A DNA stretch of 46,874 bases from Thermoplasmatota archaeon (GCA_965234725.1 CBDDUX010000058.1:1-46874), one strand, 5' to 3'. Positions 10,973 to 21,507 are shown, numbered from the stretch's first letter. Notes: generated from the sequence alone by a model not told the origin. Numbers and translations: made by a program.

Positions 10973-13900
10973 TCATCCTTCTCCAGATCTACTCCTTAAG
11001 ATGGTTACCGTAAGACCTACAATTAATGTCATTAATGCAAGGATAGAACAAATAAGAATGACCATTCCAAGATTAACCTTGAAGTTTCCAATCTTTTCAT
11101 CATCCATTTCCTGAACCTCCAAGTCCATTGTGGAAGAAACGGATGAACCTTCACCATCCCTGATTGTCAAGGTGATCTTGTGAAGACCGGGAGAGAGCCT
11201 TGTATCTAGCTCCCGATCATGCCCCAATATCCCATCCTTGTTGGAGGTCCAAACAAAAGACATATTCTGTTCCTTGTCGGGATCTTCCACTTTACTGGTG
11301 AAATAATAGGACCTCCCTTCCTCATCCTCAACGGCAGAGATAGATTTGATCCTGGGGGGATCGTTCACAGGAAGGACATGAACCCATATCGATAGATTTG
11401 CATCGGATTCTCGATCTGACGCCACAAGACATATGACCGCGGTTCCATGCCAGTTCATTTCCGGCTCCAAATTGAGATGATCTCCGGAGATGTAGACAGC
11501 AAGATGATCATTGACATTCATATGATAGCTAAGGATCAGATCATCCGGATCCTGGAATAATTCGGAAAGATCCAGATATTCTGCATGGTCCTCCAGAATT
11601 ATCAACTCAATGGTTGATGATCTTGCAAGGGGTGGATCGTTGACCTCATTGATCGTTAGCATGAACTTCCTTATTACCGATCCACCCTTTCCATCCGATA
11701 ATGTTATTTCAATCTGTTTGACCCCGACATCTTCCTGTTCCGGTGTTCCTGAAATGACGCCTGTTACCGGATCAAGATGAAGGAAAGAAAGGGATCCTTT
11801 ATTCATCGACCATCTGATAATATCCTCCGATGGATCTGGATCGGATCCGTTTAAATGGAAAATATATTCCTCATCCTCGAAGGCAGGTGGAAGGATTTCA
11901 GAATGGATTACCGGGGGATCGTTACTATTGATGACAGTTACGTTGATTTCCATCACATCATAACCACCATTCCCATCCTGGACAAGGATAGTCACTCTGT
12001 GGCGCCCGACGTCATCATTATATGGTAGCCATTCGACAGTTCCCAGGTATTCATCTACAATCATCCTTTCGGGTCCCTCGATTATTGACCATGAAAGAAC
12101 ATCTGAAGAAGTATCGGGGTCCTCTGCTTCCATGCCAATCAAAAGGAATTCATCTTCCAAAGCAATAAGATCATCATATGAACATGTGATTATCACGGGA
12201 GGGTCGTTAGTATTTTCGACATCCAATACAAATTGTTTTCTGATAACACCTCCTTGGTCATCCGTCACCCGGACAGATATTGTATGCATCCCGACATCCT
12301 GATTTCCGGGAGTGCCCTCCAATCTTCCGTTATTTTTCCCAATGGATAGGAATGATGGACCTTCCAGGAACCAGTTGAACTCATTGAGCCATCCTTGATC
12401 CGGGTCATATATCGTCAACGTGTGGTCATACGGTTGATGCTCAATTGCATGAGGAATTTCCTCATCAATGATGCTGGGCAGATCATTGATGCCTGTCACA
12501 TTCAGAGTTAGAAATAGATCCCCTGTTCCCCCTTGAGGGTCTTTAACAGCCAGTTCAATCCAATAAGAACCTCCATCCATGTCACCAGGGATTCCGTAGA
12601 TCAAACCTGAACTTTTATCTATTTTCAAGAAGGGTGCATCCGTATCCATGCTCCACTCGAAGCTGTCATCATCAGGATCAAAAGCGGTCATTTGGAATCC
12701 GAACGGAAGGTCCTCGGGAATATCAGGCAGGTCCACATCCATTATTACAGGGATATCATTGACCGCCATGACATTCAGTATGAAAGAGATATAATCGCTT
12801 GCTCCATAATTGTCCGCTACCATTATCTCAACGTTATATTCCCCTACATCAGGGTCATCGGGTATCCCTTGAAGTGTGCCATTGATAGTATCAATCTTCA
12901 AAAAAGAAGCCTCTGTCACAAGATCCCAGATCAGATCATCGTTGGTTGGATCTGGATCAAATGCGGTCAACTCCATTTTGTAGAGGACCTCTTCTGTTGC
13001 ATTCAATTTTGGTATAAGTGTAATATTGGGAGGATCGTTTGTATTTATCACTTCCAGTGTGAAGTTGATCCGGTCATACCCATCATGACCATCTGTGACG
13101 GAAAGATTGATCCAGTAGGTGCCAATATCTTTATTCAAGGGGATACCTTCGATCCTATATGGATCATCAACGATCTTCAAGAACCCGGCATCTGTCTCCA
13201 AGGACCATATAAATTCAGAATCTTCTGGATCTGTATCCACTGCTTCCAAGAAGACAGAATAAAGGACATCCTCAATTGCAGTATTGGGTGGTATGGTTTC
13301 TATCTTGGGAGGTTCGTTGGTCTGGATTATTTGGAAGGAAACGTTGGTGGAAAAAGAAGATCCGTCTGATGTATTCACACTTATCATGAAGGATCGATTA
13401 CCTATGTCCTGATAGTTAGGTTTGAAGAAGAGGTCTCCGGTAAGCTCACCGATGTCTATCCTGTCAGAGAAAGGGACTATCGAAAAGTTGCTTACTGTCC
13501 ATCCATTCATCACTAAAAATTCAAACCTGTATTCCCTTCCTTCCTTCAAAGTGATCCCGTTCAGACCCTTTAACCATGAAGGATAGGGGACTAACGAGGA
13601 CATATCGCTCTCATTCGCAGCCCTGAAAAAAATCAGAACACCCCCCCGGGATACCATTTCCTCACATATTTGGGTTGATGAATTGACCGAATGGAATATC
13701 TTCGATATACTTCCGTTCCGGTCTCGATATATGGTTGCATTATATTGTATACCTTGGACCAGAAAATCAAGGGACATGCTCACAGATCTTTCTTCCTTTC
13801 CGTTCATCGAAGCAAGGACCCATGTATTCTTGATCCTTCTTGCTATGGTCGTGTGTGAACCTGGACTCCCCTCCAGATGGATCGTCTGGTTCCAGGATGA

Positions 13901-15547
13901 GGGAAGCAAAGCCCATGCTTCCAACCCGGCACTCCCGTTGAGCTTGGCCGGAGTCTGATACCAGTAAGTGTAGGTTAGGGGACTGTAAAGGATGAAAGGG
14001 ATCGATAGCTGGTGTACAAGGGTCGTCCTGGCTTCTTTCCTGGCTAGAATAGGTGTATAATCCATGGGACCCGCTACGGCCCGAGTATAATGTAGAAATG
14101 TATTTTCTTCCCCCAATGGGAACTGCTCATTCCCTCTCACTCCCTCCTGGGTGAGGAGGTTGGGGTAGGTCCTGCTCATCCCTGTTGGTCTGTAATTGTC
14201 ATGTATGTTGACGATCATCTTCCTTTCTGCAGCCAACTCAACGATATCATGGATTTGCCCTATACCACCTTTTGATAACCCGTCGACGAATCCGAGCTTT
14301 ATCCCTTTGATACCCCATCCATTGTAAGTGTCAAGGATATTTCTTGCCCCATAGGAAAAAGCCCTGATGTTGACGTAGAGTATCACTCCGATTCCGTTCT
14401 CTTTACCGTATCTAATTACCTCAGTAAGGTTCAAACCTGGGGCTGACACTGTCCTGGGATCCGAATTCGACCATTCACTTCCATACCAGCCAGCATCAAG
14501 ATGAACGTACTGCAAGCTGTTATTTACGCAGAAATCGATGATCGCCTTGGAACCACTGGTCGTTAGCGAACAATCCCTGAAGGCCTTTCCTGCCACTATC
14601 CATGAAGTATCATTGATCTCTGTGTCTGGACATAGTGCTTGATGAATATGTCCATTAGATGCAAGATCTCCCATTTCTTTACCAAGGATGATGGTCCTCC
14701 AAGGGGTTTGAAAAGGGATATTCAAATCCACACCGGTGTGGAGAGAGGTATTGATCTGGTTTATACCAGCACCCTTAGAGACGAAAGAACGGCAGAAACC
14801 ATCAACATGAGCCTCATGAAGTGAAAGGACAATACCTTGTTTTACCTCAATCGTGAATGGAGTTGTACATTTCGTACCCATTTCAGAAATATTTCTAATA
14901 ATATAGGGTTTCTCATTCGAGTATTGGACCAGACATTTATGGTTTTCCTCGAATCTATAGCTTGACATATCCCTTTTCAGGATGATGCTTGTTCTATTAG
15001 TCGCATCTTCAACCAGGTATTTGAACGCCAAACCTTCGTTGTAATACCTAACAATAAATGAATATGAGGAATTTGGATCATCTCTCTGTGTGAGGTTCAA
15101 TCGGATCTGGTTGTATATGTCCGGTCTTAGATCCTCATCTCCCCAGGGCATTGAATATGTTGTATTGATGGAGGTAAAGGAAACCGAATTAATTTTAATA
15201 CCCTCTGAAAATAGTATCCTATCATCTTTGAATTTCAAACCAAGGGAAGATCCATTCATTACAGTTTCATTATTATATTTCAAGTCGAAGCAGAGTACAT
15301 CATCATGCCAAGAATCATTTTTCACATAGATATCCATCCTTCCATTCCTGGATGGAGACAACAAAGAATATATCAGGGACTTTGAAAAATCAACTTCAAC
15401 ATCTCTGGATATTGATGTAGAATATTGTGTCGAAGGAAGGCCTTGGAGCGATCCCATGAGGCACGACCCTGAAATAATTAATAATAAGAATATCAATGAT
15501 GCCGAAAAAAGCTGAAAGATGTTCAATGAACTTCGAATATTATTCAT
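10973..15547 (-). CDS. Secreted, membrane-anchored glycoside hydrolase family 97 with a C-terminal stalk of Ig/cadherin-like repeats
   Basis: N-terminal hydrophobic signal; GH97 motifs (TPWRTI, LDAGWYG, GIKGIKLGFVD, NIHDNYRPTGMSRTYPNLLTQEGVRGNEQ, AGPMDYTP); about eight ~95-aa repeats starting N-[DE]-[PIL]-P with DxD/GxP/DVG motifs; C-terminal TM helix. Confidence 0.88.
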   Translation of the reverse strand: MNNIRSSLNIFQLFSASLIFLLLIISGSCLMGSLQGLPSTQYSTSISRDVEVDFSKSLIYSLLSPSRNGRMDIYVKNDSWHDDVLCFDLKYNNETVMNGSSLGLKFKDDRILFSEGIKINSVSFTSINTTYSMPWGDEDLRPDIYNQIRLNLTQRDDPNSSYSFIVRYYNEGLAFKYLVEDATNRTSIILKRDMSSYRFEENHKCLVQYSNEKPYIIRNISEMGTKCTTPFTIEVKQGIVLSLHEAHVDGFCRSFVSKGAGINQINTSLHTGVDLNIPFQTPWRTIILGKEMGDLASNGHIHQALCPDTEINDTSWIVAGKAFRDCSLTTSGSKAIIDFCVNNSLQYVHLDAGWYGSEWSNSDPRTVSAPGLNLTEVIRYGKENGIGVILYVNIRAFSYGARNILDTYNGWGIKGIKLGFVDGLSKGGIGQIHDIVELAAERKMIVNIHDNYRPTGMSRTYPNLLTQEGVRGNEQFPLGEENTFLHYTRAVAGPMDYTPILARKEARTTLVHQLSIPFILYSPLTYTYWYQTPAKLNGSAGLEAWALLPSSWNQTIHLEGSPGSHTTIARRIKNTWVLASMNGKEERSVSMSLDFLVQGIQYNATIYRDRNGSISKIFHSVNSSTQICEEMVSRGGVLIFFRAANESDMSSLVPYPSWLKGLNGITLKEGREYRFEFLVMNGWTVSNFSIVPFSDRIDIGELTGDLFFKPNYQDIGNRSFMISVNTSDGSSFSTNVSFQIIQTNEPPKIETIPPNTAIEDVLYSVFLEAVDTDPEDSEFIWSLETDAGFLKIVDDPYRIEGIPLNKDIGTYWINLSVTDGHDGYDRINFTLEVINTNDPPNITLIPKLNATEEVLYKMELTAFDPDPTNDDLIWDLVTEASFLKIDTINGTLQGIPDDPDVGEYNVEIMVADNYGASDYISFILNVMAVNDIPVIMDVDLPDIPEDLPFGFQMTAFDPDDDSFEWSMDTDAPFLKIDKSSGLIYGIPGDMDGGSYWIELAVKDPQGGTGDLFLTLNVTGINDLPSIIDEEIPHAIEHQPYDHTLTIYDPDQGWLNEFNWFLEGPSFLSIGKNNGRLEGTPGNQDVGMHTISVRVTDDQGGVIRKQFVLDVENTNDPPVIITCSYDDLIALEDEFLLIGMEAEDPDTSSDVLSWSIIEGPERMIVDEYLGTVEWLPYNDDVGRHRVTILVQDGNGGYDVMEINVTVINSNDPPVIHSEILPPAFEDEEYIFHLNGSDPDPSEDIIRWSMNKGSLSFLHLDPVTGVISGTPEQEDVGVKQIEITLSDGKGGSVIRKFMLTINEVNDPPLARSSTIELIILEDHAEYLDLSELFQDPDDLILSYHMNVNDHLAVYISGDHLNLEPEMNWHGTAVICLVASDRESDANLSIWVHVLPVNDPPRIKSISAVEDEEGRSYYFTSKVEDPDKEQNMSFVWTSNKDGILGHDRELDTRLSPGLHKITLTIRDGEGSSVSSTMDLEVQEMDDEKIGNFKVNLGMVILICSILALMTLIVGLTVTILRSRSGEG

Positions 15548-15698
15548 TTTAATTCCCTGTTCCCAGGGAAAGATTTGATGGAGGTAATATTAATATATTG
15601 GTACACATTTGAATTTTGATTAAGGTGGTTTGTTGATCCATCAAAGTGTGTTTTCAATAGGTGTTTGGATTTCACCTGATCATTAATGCTGTCATTAT

Positions 15699-16151
15699 TC
15701 ATTGCTTGACTTCTGCTTTTTCGGTCCCTGAAGCTGTCCAGTTACCGGAATCAAGGACTATCATATCTTTGGAGTTCTTGTCCAGAGTAGCCATGATGAA
15801 TGTATCGGACATCCTAATGCACTTCTTCGGGCATATCTCCGTACACAGGGCACAGAAAGTACATCTGGACATGTGGAACTTGACCTTCCTCTCACCGGGA
15901 ATGAACTCGATGGTCTCGGAAGGACATACCTTCAGACACATCTGGCATCCGATACAGGCTTCCCTGTCATATTCCACTTTTCCCCGGAATCCCGGTGGGA
16001 CCTCCACCGGTGAATTCAGCTGGACCTTACCCTGCTCGACCATTTTCAGGGTCTTGTGAACGTTCTTGGGTGCGTGTTTCACCGGGAACATATTGGTGGC
16101 CGGATCCGAGAAGAACTGTTTCAGAAGCTCGAAGAATGCATGCGTTACCAT
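15699..16151 (-). CDS. mbhN: Membrane-bound hydrogenase 2x[4Fe-4S] subunit (MbhN/NuoI-like)
   Basis: CIGCQMCLKVCP and CTFCALCTEICP; PPGFRGK. Confidence 0.9.
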   Translation of the reverse strand: MVTHAFFELLKQFFSDPATNMFPVKHAPKNVHKTLKMVEQGKVQLNSPVEVPPGFRGKVEYDREACIGCQMCLKVCPSETIEFIPGERKVKFHMSRCTFCALCTEICPKKCIRMSDTFIMATLDKNSKDMIVLDSGNWTASGTEKAEVKQ

Positions 16152-16162
16152 TTTTCATCACC

Positions 16163-17215
16163 TCACACCAAAGTATCCAGGTACAGAAGCAGCACCCCGA
16201 TCACAGCAAGTACCGAAAGCGGTACCAGAAAGATCCAGGATAGCTTGTCGATCTTTAGCCTTGCAGCCCCCACCCTGATCACTGTAACCGCCAGGAAGTA
16301 GAGGACCTCGATCTTCAGCAGCCAGAATAGAATGTCAATTCCCCATGCTGCAGGATCGCTGAGTGCAACATCGAACACTCTCTCGATCACAGGGGAGAAG
16401 TTGTATGGGAAGAAAAGACCTATTGCCAGTGATGTAAAGGCAACGGTCTTAACGGCATCTGCCAGATAGAACATGGCCAGATTGGAACCGCTGTACTCTG
16501 CTATGATACCTCCACCTATCTCTGTCTCTGCTTCTGGAGAATCGAAGGGTATCTTTGAAAGCTCCGAGGGAATTATCAGGAAGAATACTACAGCAAGCAG
16601 TACGAATCCGACTATCCCCAGTGCTCCTATTCCATCAAGCGACCAGAGAGTATGATTTGGATCAGTCAATACACCGAGGTCGAAGGCACCAAGGTCTATG
16701 TCGAAGTTGCTTATCCTCCATGCGATCGAGAGGATCACAATTGCAAGAGGAAGCTCATAGGACATCATCATGACCATTTCCCTCTGGGCCCCTATGGTTG
16801 ATAACGGCGATCCGGAGGCGAATCCTCCAATTGCCATCATCAGACCGGGTACAGCCAGGAGATAGATGATCAATATAAGGTCCCCATATCCTCCCAGTAT
16901 CGGCATCCAACCATCCATCAAACCCTTGACAGGGCCAACTGGAATGTAGAAGAAAAGGAGCATAGCAGAAACCAGTGCAAGTACAGGAGCTCCATTGAAC
17001 ACCCAGGGAACGGCTCTTTCAGGGATGATGTTCTCCTTCTGCCAGAGCTTGGAAACATCCCAGAACGGCTGCCAGACAGGAGGACCTACCCTTGCCTGAA
17101 GCCAAGCGGCGAACTTCCTGTCAACACCCTTCAGGAACAGGGATAGCCAGATCATAACGATTATGAGCACTGTTCCCAGTCCCAATTTGATCAAGACCTC
17201 CAGCCACTCCTGCAT
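16163..17215 (-). CDS. mbhM: Membrane-bound hydrogenase anchor subunit (MbhM/NuoH-like)
   Basis: DRKFAAWLQARVGPP, PFDSPEAETE, EYSG motifs; ATG overlaps the mbhL stop (TGATG). Confidence 0.9.
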   Translation of the reverse strand: MQEWLEVLIKLGLGTVLIIVMIWLSLFLKGVDRKFAAWLQARVGPPVWQPFWDVSKLWQKENIIPERAVPWVFNGAPVLALVSAMLLFFYIPVGPVKGLMDGWMPILGGYGDLILIIYLLAVPGLMMAIGGFASGSPLSTIGAQREMVMMMSYELPLAIVILSIAWRISNFDIDLGAFDLGVLTDPNHTLWSLDGIGALGIVGFVLLAVVFFLIIPSELSKIPFDSPEAETEIGGGIIAEYSGSNLAMFYLADAVKTVAFTSLAIGLFFPYNFSPVIERVFDVALSDPAAWGIDILFWLLKIEVLYFLAVTVIRVGAARLKIDKLSWIFLVPLSVLAVIGVLLLYLDTLV

Positions 17216-18453
17216 CAGTTCCACCCCCTTTCCTTTCTCTTGGCGGCCTTTCTGAAGACATCCATCTCCACGATCCGTTCCTTTCCGGTGTCATTATCCA
17301 GAACAGTTACCCTGTCCATACATCCGATGCACGGATCGATGGATGCGATAATTATTGGGATATCTGCTATCTGGGCGTCCTTGAACATGGTGATCCAAGA
17401 CATGATGTTACCGTATGTAGGGACCCTTACCTTCCAGGAATCCAGTTCCATCTTGCCCTTCTTCAAACGAACATAATGGATATCCTCACCCCTAGGGGCT
17501 TCAACCCTTGCCACTGCCTCACCCTCGGCCATTCTGAGCTTGGCCATTAGAAGTGAGGAAAGGTTCGGTTCGGATGTGATCTCACCTTTAGGAAGATTAT
17601 CAAGGATCCAGTCGCACATCCTAATTGCCTCGAAGGTCTCATAGAGCCTGACTACCACCTGGGAGAAGATGTCTCCCTTATCAGGATACCCGTAATATGA
17701 GGGGATCACAACCTTGAAATCGTCCATCATATCTCCGTAGGCAGCGTGGGGCCATGAGAATCTGACATCCTTCTTCACCCCAGCCCCCCTCGTAAGAGGA
17801 CCGCAGGCGCAGAGCTTCATGGCATTATCATATGTCAGAACACCCACATCTTCTGTCCTGTGAGATATTGTTGGATCCGAGAGGAATACATTGAGAACTG
17901 TATCCTCCAGCTTCTTGTATTTCTGAAGGATCTTCCTTGATTTCGCGATCGCTTCATCGGTGATATCCCTTCTGACTCCTCCGAAGATGTAATATGAATA
18001 ATTCACTCTGTTTCCGCATATCAGCTCTAAGACATCCTGGACATCTTCCCTTACTTTCCAGGTATAATATAGGATCGAATCGAAACCGAGTTCATGACCG
18101 GCAACCCCGGCCCAGAGAAGATGGGAATGGATCCTCTCAAGTTCTGCAATAAGGACCCTCAAATAATCGGCCCTTTCCGTTGGTACGATATCAGCTGCAT
18201 GTTCCACAGCCCTTGTGAAAACGAATTGGTGAGCTCCGGAACAGATACCGCAAACCCTTTCTGCCAGATGCAGGACCTGAAGGGGGTTACGTTTCATACC
18301 CAGATACTCAATGCCTCGATGGTTGAATCCAGGCTGGAAATCCGTGTCCAATATCCTTTCTCCTTCGATGGTGAATTTGAACATGGTGGGTTCTTTGAGC
18401 GCCGGATGGATGGGTCCTATCATGAGAGGATACGGTGGGGCTTTTGCCATCAC
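17215..18453 (-). CDS. mbhL: Group 4 membrane-bound [NiFe] hydrogenase catalytic subunit (MbhL)
   Basis: GPIHPALKEP, ERVCGICS (L1) and DPCIGCMDR (L2): all four Ni-binding Cys present; about 31-aa cleavable C-terminal extension. Confidence 0.92.
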   Translation of the reverse strand: MMAKAPPYPLMIGPIHPALKEPTMFKFTIEGERILDTDFQPGFNHRGIEYLGMKRNPLQVLHLAERVCGICSGAHQFVFTRAVEHAADIVPTERADYLRVLIAELERIHSHLLWAGVAGHELGFDSILYYTWKVREDVQDVLELICGNRVNYSYYIFGGVRRDITDEAIAKSRKILQKYKKLEDTVLNVFLSDPTISHRTEDVGVLTYDNAMKLCACGPLTRGAGVKKDVRFSWPHAAYGDMMDDFKVVIPSYYGYPDKGDIFSQVVVRLYETFEAIRMCDWILDNLPKGEITSEPNLSSLLMAKLRMAEGEAVARVEAPRGEDIHYVRLKKGKMELDSWKVRVPTYGNIMSWITMFKDAQIADIPIIIASIDPCIGCMDRVTVLDNDTGKERIVEMDVFRKAAKRKERGWN

Positions 18454-19085
18454 GCACCACCTCCTTCCTTCTTCTTCTTAACGATAGGAGGTCCTCCTGG
18501 TGGGAAAGGATTGTAATCCGCGATCACCTTTGTTCCATCTCCTCCTCCGGACTCGTTGTCATGTATCCTTCTTACCAGTTTCTCAGGTCCGAACTCGTCC
18601 TTCCTCCAGGGGTAGACTCCTACTGGAACGGCATGGGTTAGCCACATCCTCCTGTTATCCTTTATACCATCAATGGAGATACCAAGGAACTCCTGTTTCT
18701 CCCTCTCTGTGGGAGTAACAGCGGGATAGATATCGGAAAGAGACGGGATGTATGGGTCATCCTTGGGTGCCCTTGTCCCGATGGTTACGGTTACTCCATG
18801 ACCATGGCTTTCGGGATAGAGTTCAAAATGGAACAAAACCTCTATCTCATCTCCAACATCTGACCCGGAGGCCACTGTGTGATGTGGCCAACCAAAGGTC
18901 CCCAGATGCCTGGCTGCATCAAGGAAACGTTCCCTTGTCACCCTTACGAATATCTCCTCGAACTTGACCTTCTTGATACCGTTTTGGAAACTTTTCTTGT
19001 AAGGCTCGGAGATGAGATCTCCCTTGAACTCTTTCTTGAACGAGGCCAGAAGGTCGTCGGCTGTAAGGAACTTCTTCTTTGTCAT
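18450..19085 (-). CDS. mbhK: Membrane-bound hydrogenase subunit MbhK (NuoC-like)
   Basis: IPSLSDIYP...EREKQEFLGI...YPWRKD; ATG 19085 overlaps the mbhJ stop after a GGAGG SD. Confidence 0.85.
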   Translation of the reverse strand: MTKKKFLTADDLLASFKKEFKGDLISEPYKKSFQNGIKKVKFEEIFVRVTRERFLDAARHLGTFGWPHHTVASGSDVGDEIEVLFHFELYPESHGHGVTVTIGTRAPKDDPYIPSLSDIYPAVTPTEREKQEFLGISIDGIKDNRRMWLTHAVPVGVYPWRKDEFGPEKLVRRIHDNESGGGDGTKVIADYNPFPPGGPPIVKKKKEGGGA

Positions 19086-19534
19086 CAGGCCTCCCCCCTT
19101 AGTTTTTCCAGTTTCTTCCATGCTTCAACCACGCCCATGATTATCGCCTCGGGTCTTACCGGGCATCCCGGGACGTAAACTATTATCGCATTCTCATCGA
19201 CCTTCTTGATAAACTCGTCAAAGGGACCCTGTATACAGTAGGAATCGTAGTAAACTCCCGAGGAGGAGCCGCAGTTACCACAGATCAGGACTGCTTTAGG
19301 TCCCGGAGTCTGCTCGTATATCCTTCTGACCCTGTCAGCCATCTGTGTGTTGACCGGTCCAGTTACCAGAAGGACATCAGCATGCCTTGGGGTTCCCACG
19401 AGCTTGATCCCGAACCTTTCCACATCATATCTCGGGGTAAGGGCAGCAACGATCTCGATATCGCAACCGTTGCATGAAGCCGCATTGATATGGAAGACCC
19501 AAAGGGACCTGTCGAATGATTTTGTCAGCTTCAG
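19085..19534 (-). CDS. mbhJ: Membrane-bound hydrogenase small Fe-S subunit (MbhJ/NuoB-like), predicted CTG start
   Basis: The reading frame extends 37 codons upstream of the ORF-track start and contains the essential SCNGCDIE motif (LKLTKSFDRSLWVFHINAASCNGCDIE); also TPRHAD, GNC and VPGCPVRPEA. Confidence 0.88.
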   Translation of the reverse strand: MKLTKSFDRSLWVFHINAASCNGCDIEIVAALTPRYDVERFGIKLVGTPRHADVLLVTGPVNTQMADRVRRIYEQTPGPKAVLICGNCGSSSGVYYDSYCIQGPFDEFIKKVDENAIIVYVPGCPVRPEAIIMGVVEAWKKLEKLRGEA

Positions 19535-21507
19535 AATACCACCCCCCAGAAACTAACTGTTGAGATTACAATGGCCATGGTAACCACAAGCCAGAAAACG
19601 TATTCGTTGATCAGACCTGAATGGAGCTTCTCCATTGGCTTGTAATATGGTTTCAGGGCCTCAATGAATCCCCAGTAGACATTACTGCCAGGGATGGAGA
19701 TTGGCTTTCCATCTATCTCGGTTGGATTGCCCCACAGATAGGGTTTCTTTCCCTCTCCCTTTGGTACGGTCCCCTTCTGGCCTCTGGTGTAAAGTACCAG
19801 TGCAATGAAGGTCGATATGAGAACAGCTCCGAGGAATATTATCGCATTCCATGATCCCTGCCCGGTGGCCATAGTAAGGGATTTCGAAGTATCTCCCGCA
19901 ACTCCTGTAAGAGCTTGCACTGCAGGGTCCACCATGGACCTTAGGACCAGTGATGGAACTGCTGAGAAGACGATTATCATGCCTGCAAGGATAGCCATAC
20001 CTACCAACATGGAAGTGGGTACTTCTCCTCCCTTCATATCGCTCCTCTTGGGTCCCATGAAGGCAGAATAGAAGACCTTCACGAAGGATGCCAGTGTAAG
20101 GAGGGACACGAGCATTGCGATCGCCCCTATCACTGGATTGAACCGGAAGACGGACTCATAGATGAGAAGTTTGGAAGAGAATCCGTTCATAGGAGGGACA
20201 CCGGCGATGGCCAGTGCACCGATTATGAAGAATACGGCAGTGAACCTCATATCACGTCCCAGGCCGCCCATCTTGTTCAGGTCCCTTGTGCCCGCCTTGT
20301 ATATTATCGCCCCGGCAGTAAGGAAGAGCAATCCCTTGTAAAGTGCGTGGTTGAAAATATGGAATATACCACCTGACATTGCGGTCCTTCCGAATTCTGT
20401 GAAATCGGCAGTGGCAAGGACAGCAAGACCCACACCTACACCAAGGAGCATGTATCCAGTCTGGGAAATGGCATGGTATGCCATGAGCCTCTTGATATCC
20501 TTCTGGACAAGTGCAAGGGTGACCCCGATGAACATTGACAGGACACCAAGTATCACCAAGATGTATCCAGCGATATGGACTATGTCCAGGAGTTCAGGGA
20601 CCTTGATAGAGAAACTATCGTTGACATATGTGTATGCATTAGATCCGTAGAGGGTGAAACATGCCCTGAACAGTGCATATAGACCTGCCTGGGAGGCGGT
20701 AACGAACATTGCAGTGATCGGAGCAGGTGCTTCCGAATATGCATCGGGTGTTGCCATGTGCATCGGGACAGATCCTGCTTTGAGGGCGAAAACGGTCACC
20801 AGGATACCCAGCACTACCTTGTCAGCGACCATAAGTCCATTGGCTGCGGCATTACCGGCTATGGCCTCGCTGAGCAGATTGATGTTCAGATGTCCATATT
20901 CACCGTATAGGAGACCTATTGCGAATAGAAACATGAGACCTGCAATTGTGGAGAATATCAGATACTTTGCAGCTCCCTCAAAGGATTCTCCCCTGTTAGA
21001 CCGGAAGGCTGTCAGACCACAAACAGCAATGGAGGAGACCTCGAACCAGACGAACAGGTTGAACACATCACCTGTGAACACCATTCCGAAGTTCGCAGCA
21101 AGCATCAAAAGGAGCAGAGTGTAGAATTTTTCTCCCCCTGTATATTTTTTGACGAATGAGAGAGAATATATCACTGCACCCAGGGCAACTGTCGCCATAA
21201 TCAGGCCCATGAAAGCGCCCATACCATCAACAAAGAAGGTGATCCTGACGGGGTGTCCTCCCAGGATGGGGAACCTGGCCCCGTTCGAACCTCCGAACAC
21301 ATATTCAAGAGCATCTCCGGAGCTGAGGACCTCCCAGCCCATCATGTATGTCAATATCCCAGCAAGGACGACTCCCATTACCACCCAGCCGTTCCTGATG
21401 GTCTTTCCCAGGAATTTATCAATAAGAGGGGTAAAGAATGCGAATAAAAGGGGAATGGCTATGATGATCGCCGGAGAGTTGTGGATAAGGGATTCGTAGA
21501 AGCTCAT
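19531..21507 (-). CDS. mbhH: MrpD/NuoN-type proton-translocating subunit MbhH fused to an MbhI-like C-terminal domain
   Basis: GDVFNLFVWFE, KAGSVPMH..PDAY, DIKRLMAYHAISQ, HIFNHALYKGLLFL; extra ~110-aa tail (GSWNAII...KPYLWGN...YWGFIEALKPYY...HSGLINEYVFW) resembling MbhI. Confidence 0.88.
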   Translation of the reverse strand: MSFYESLIHNSPAIIIAIPLLFAFFTPLIDKFLGKTIRNGWVVMGVVLAGILTYMMGWEVLSSGDALEYVFGGSNGARFPILGGHPVRITFFVDGMGAFMGLIMATVALGAVIYSLSFVKKYTGGEKFYTLLLLMLAANFGMVFTGDVFNLFVWFEVSSIAVCGLTAFRSNRGESFEGAAKYLIFSTIAGLMFLFAIGLLYGEYGHLNINLLSEAIAGNAAANGLMVADKVVLGILVTVFALKAGSVPMHMATPDAYSEAPAPITAMFVTASQAGLYALFRACFTLYGSNAYTYVNDSFSIKVPELLDIVHIAGYILVILGVLSMFIGVTLALVQKDIKRLMAYHAISQTGYMLLGVGVGLAVLATADFTEFGRTAMSGGIFHIFNHALYKGLLFLTAGAIIYKAGTRDLNKMGGLGRDMRFTAVFFIIGALAIAGVPPMNGFSSKLLIYESVFRFNPVIGAIAMLVSLLTLASFVKVFYSAFMGPKRSDMKGGEVPTSMLVGMAILAGMIIVFSAVPSLVLRSMVDPAVQALTGVAGDTSKSLTMATGQGSWNAIIFLGAVLISTFIALVLYTRGQKGTVPKGEGKKPYLWGNPTEIDGKPISIPGSNVYWGFIEALKPYYKPMEKLHSGLINEYVFWLVVTMAIVISTVSFWGVVF

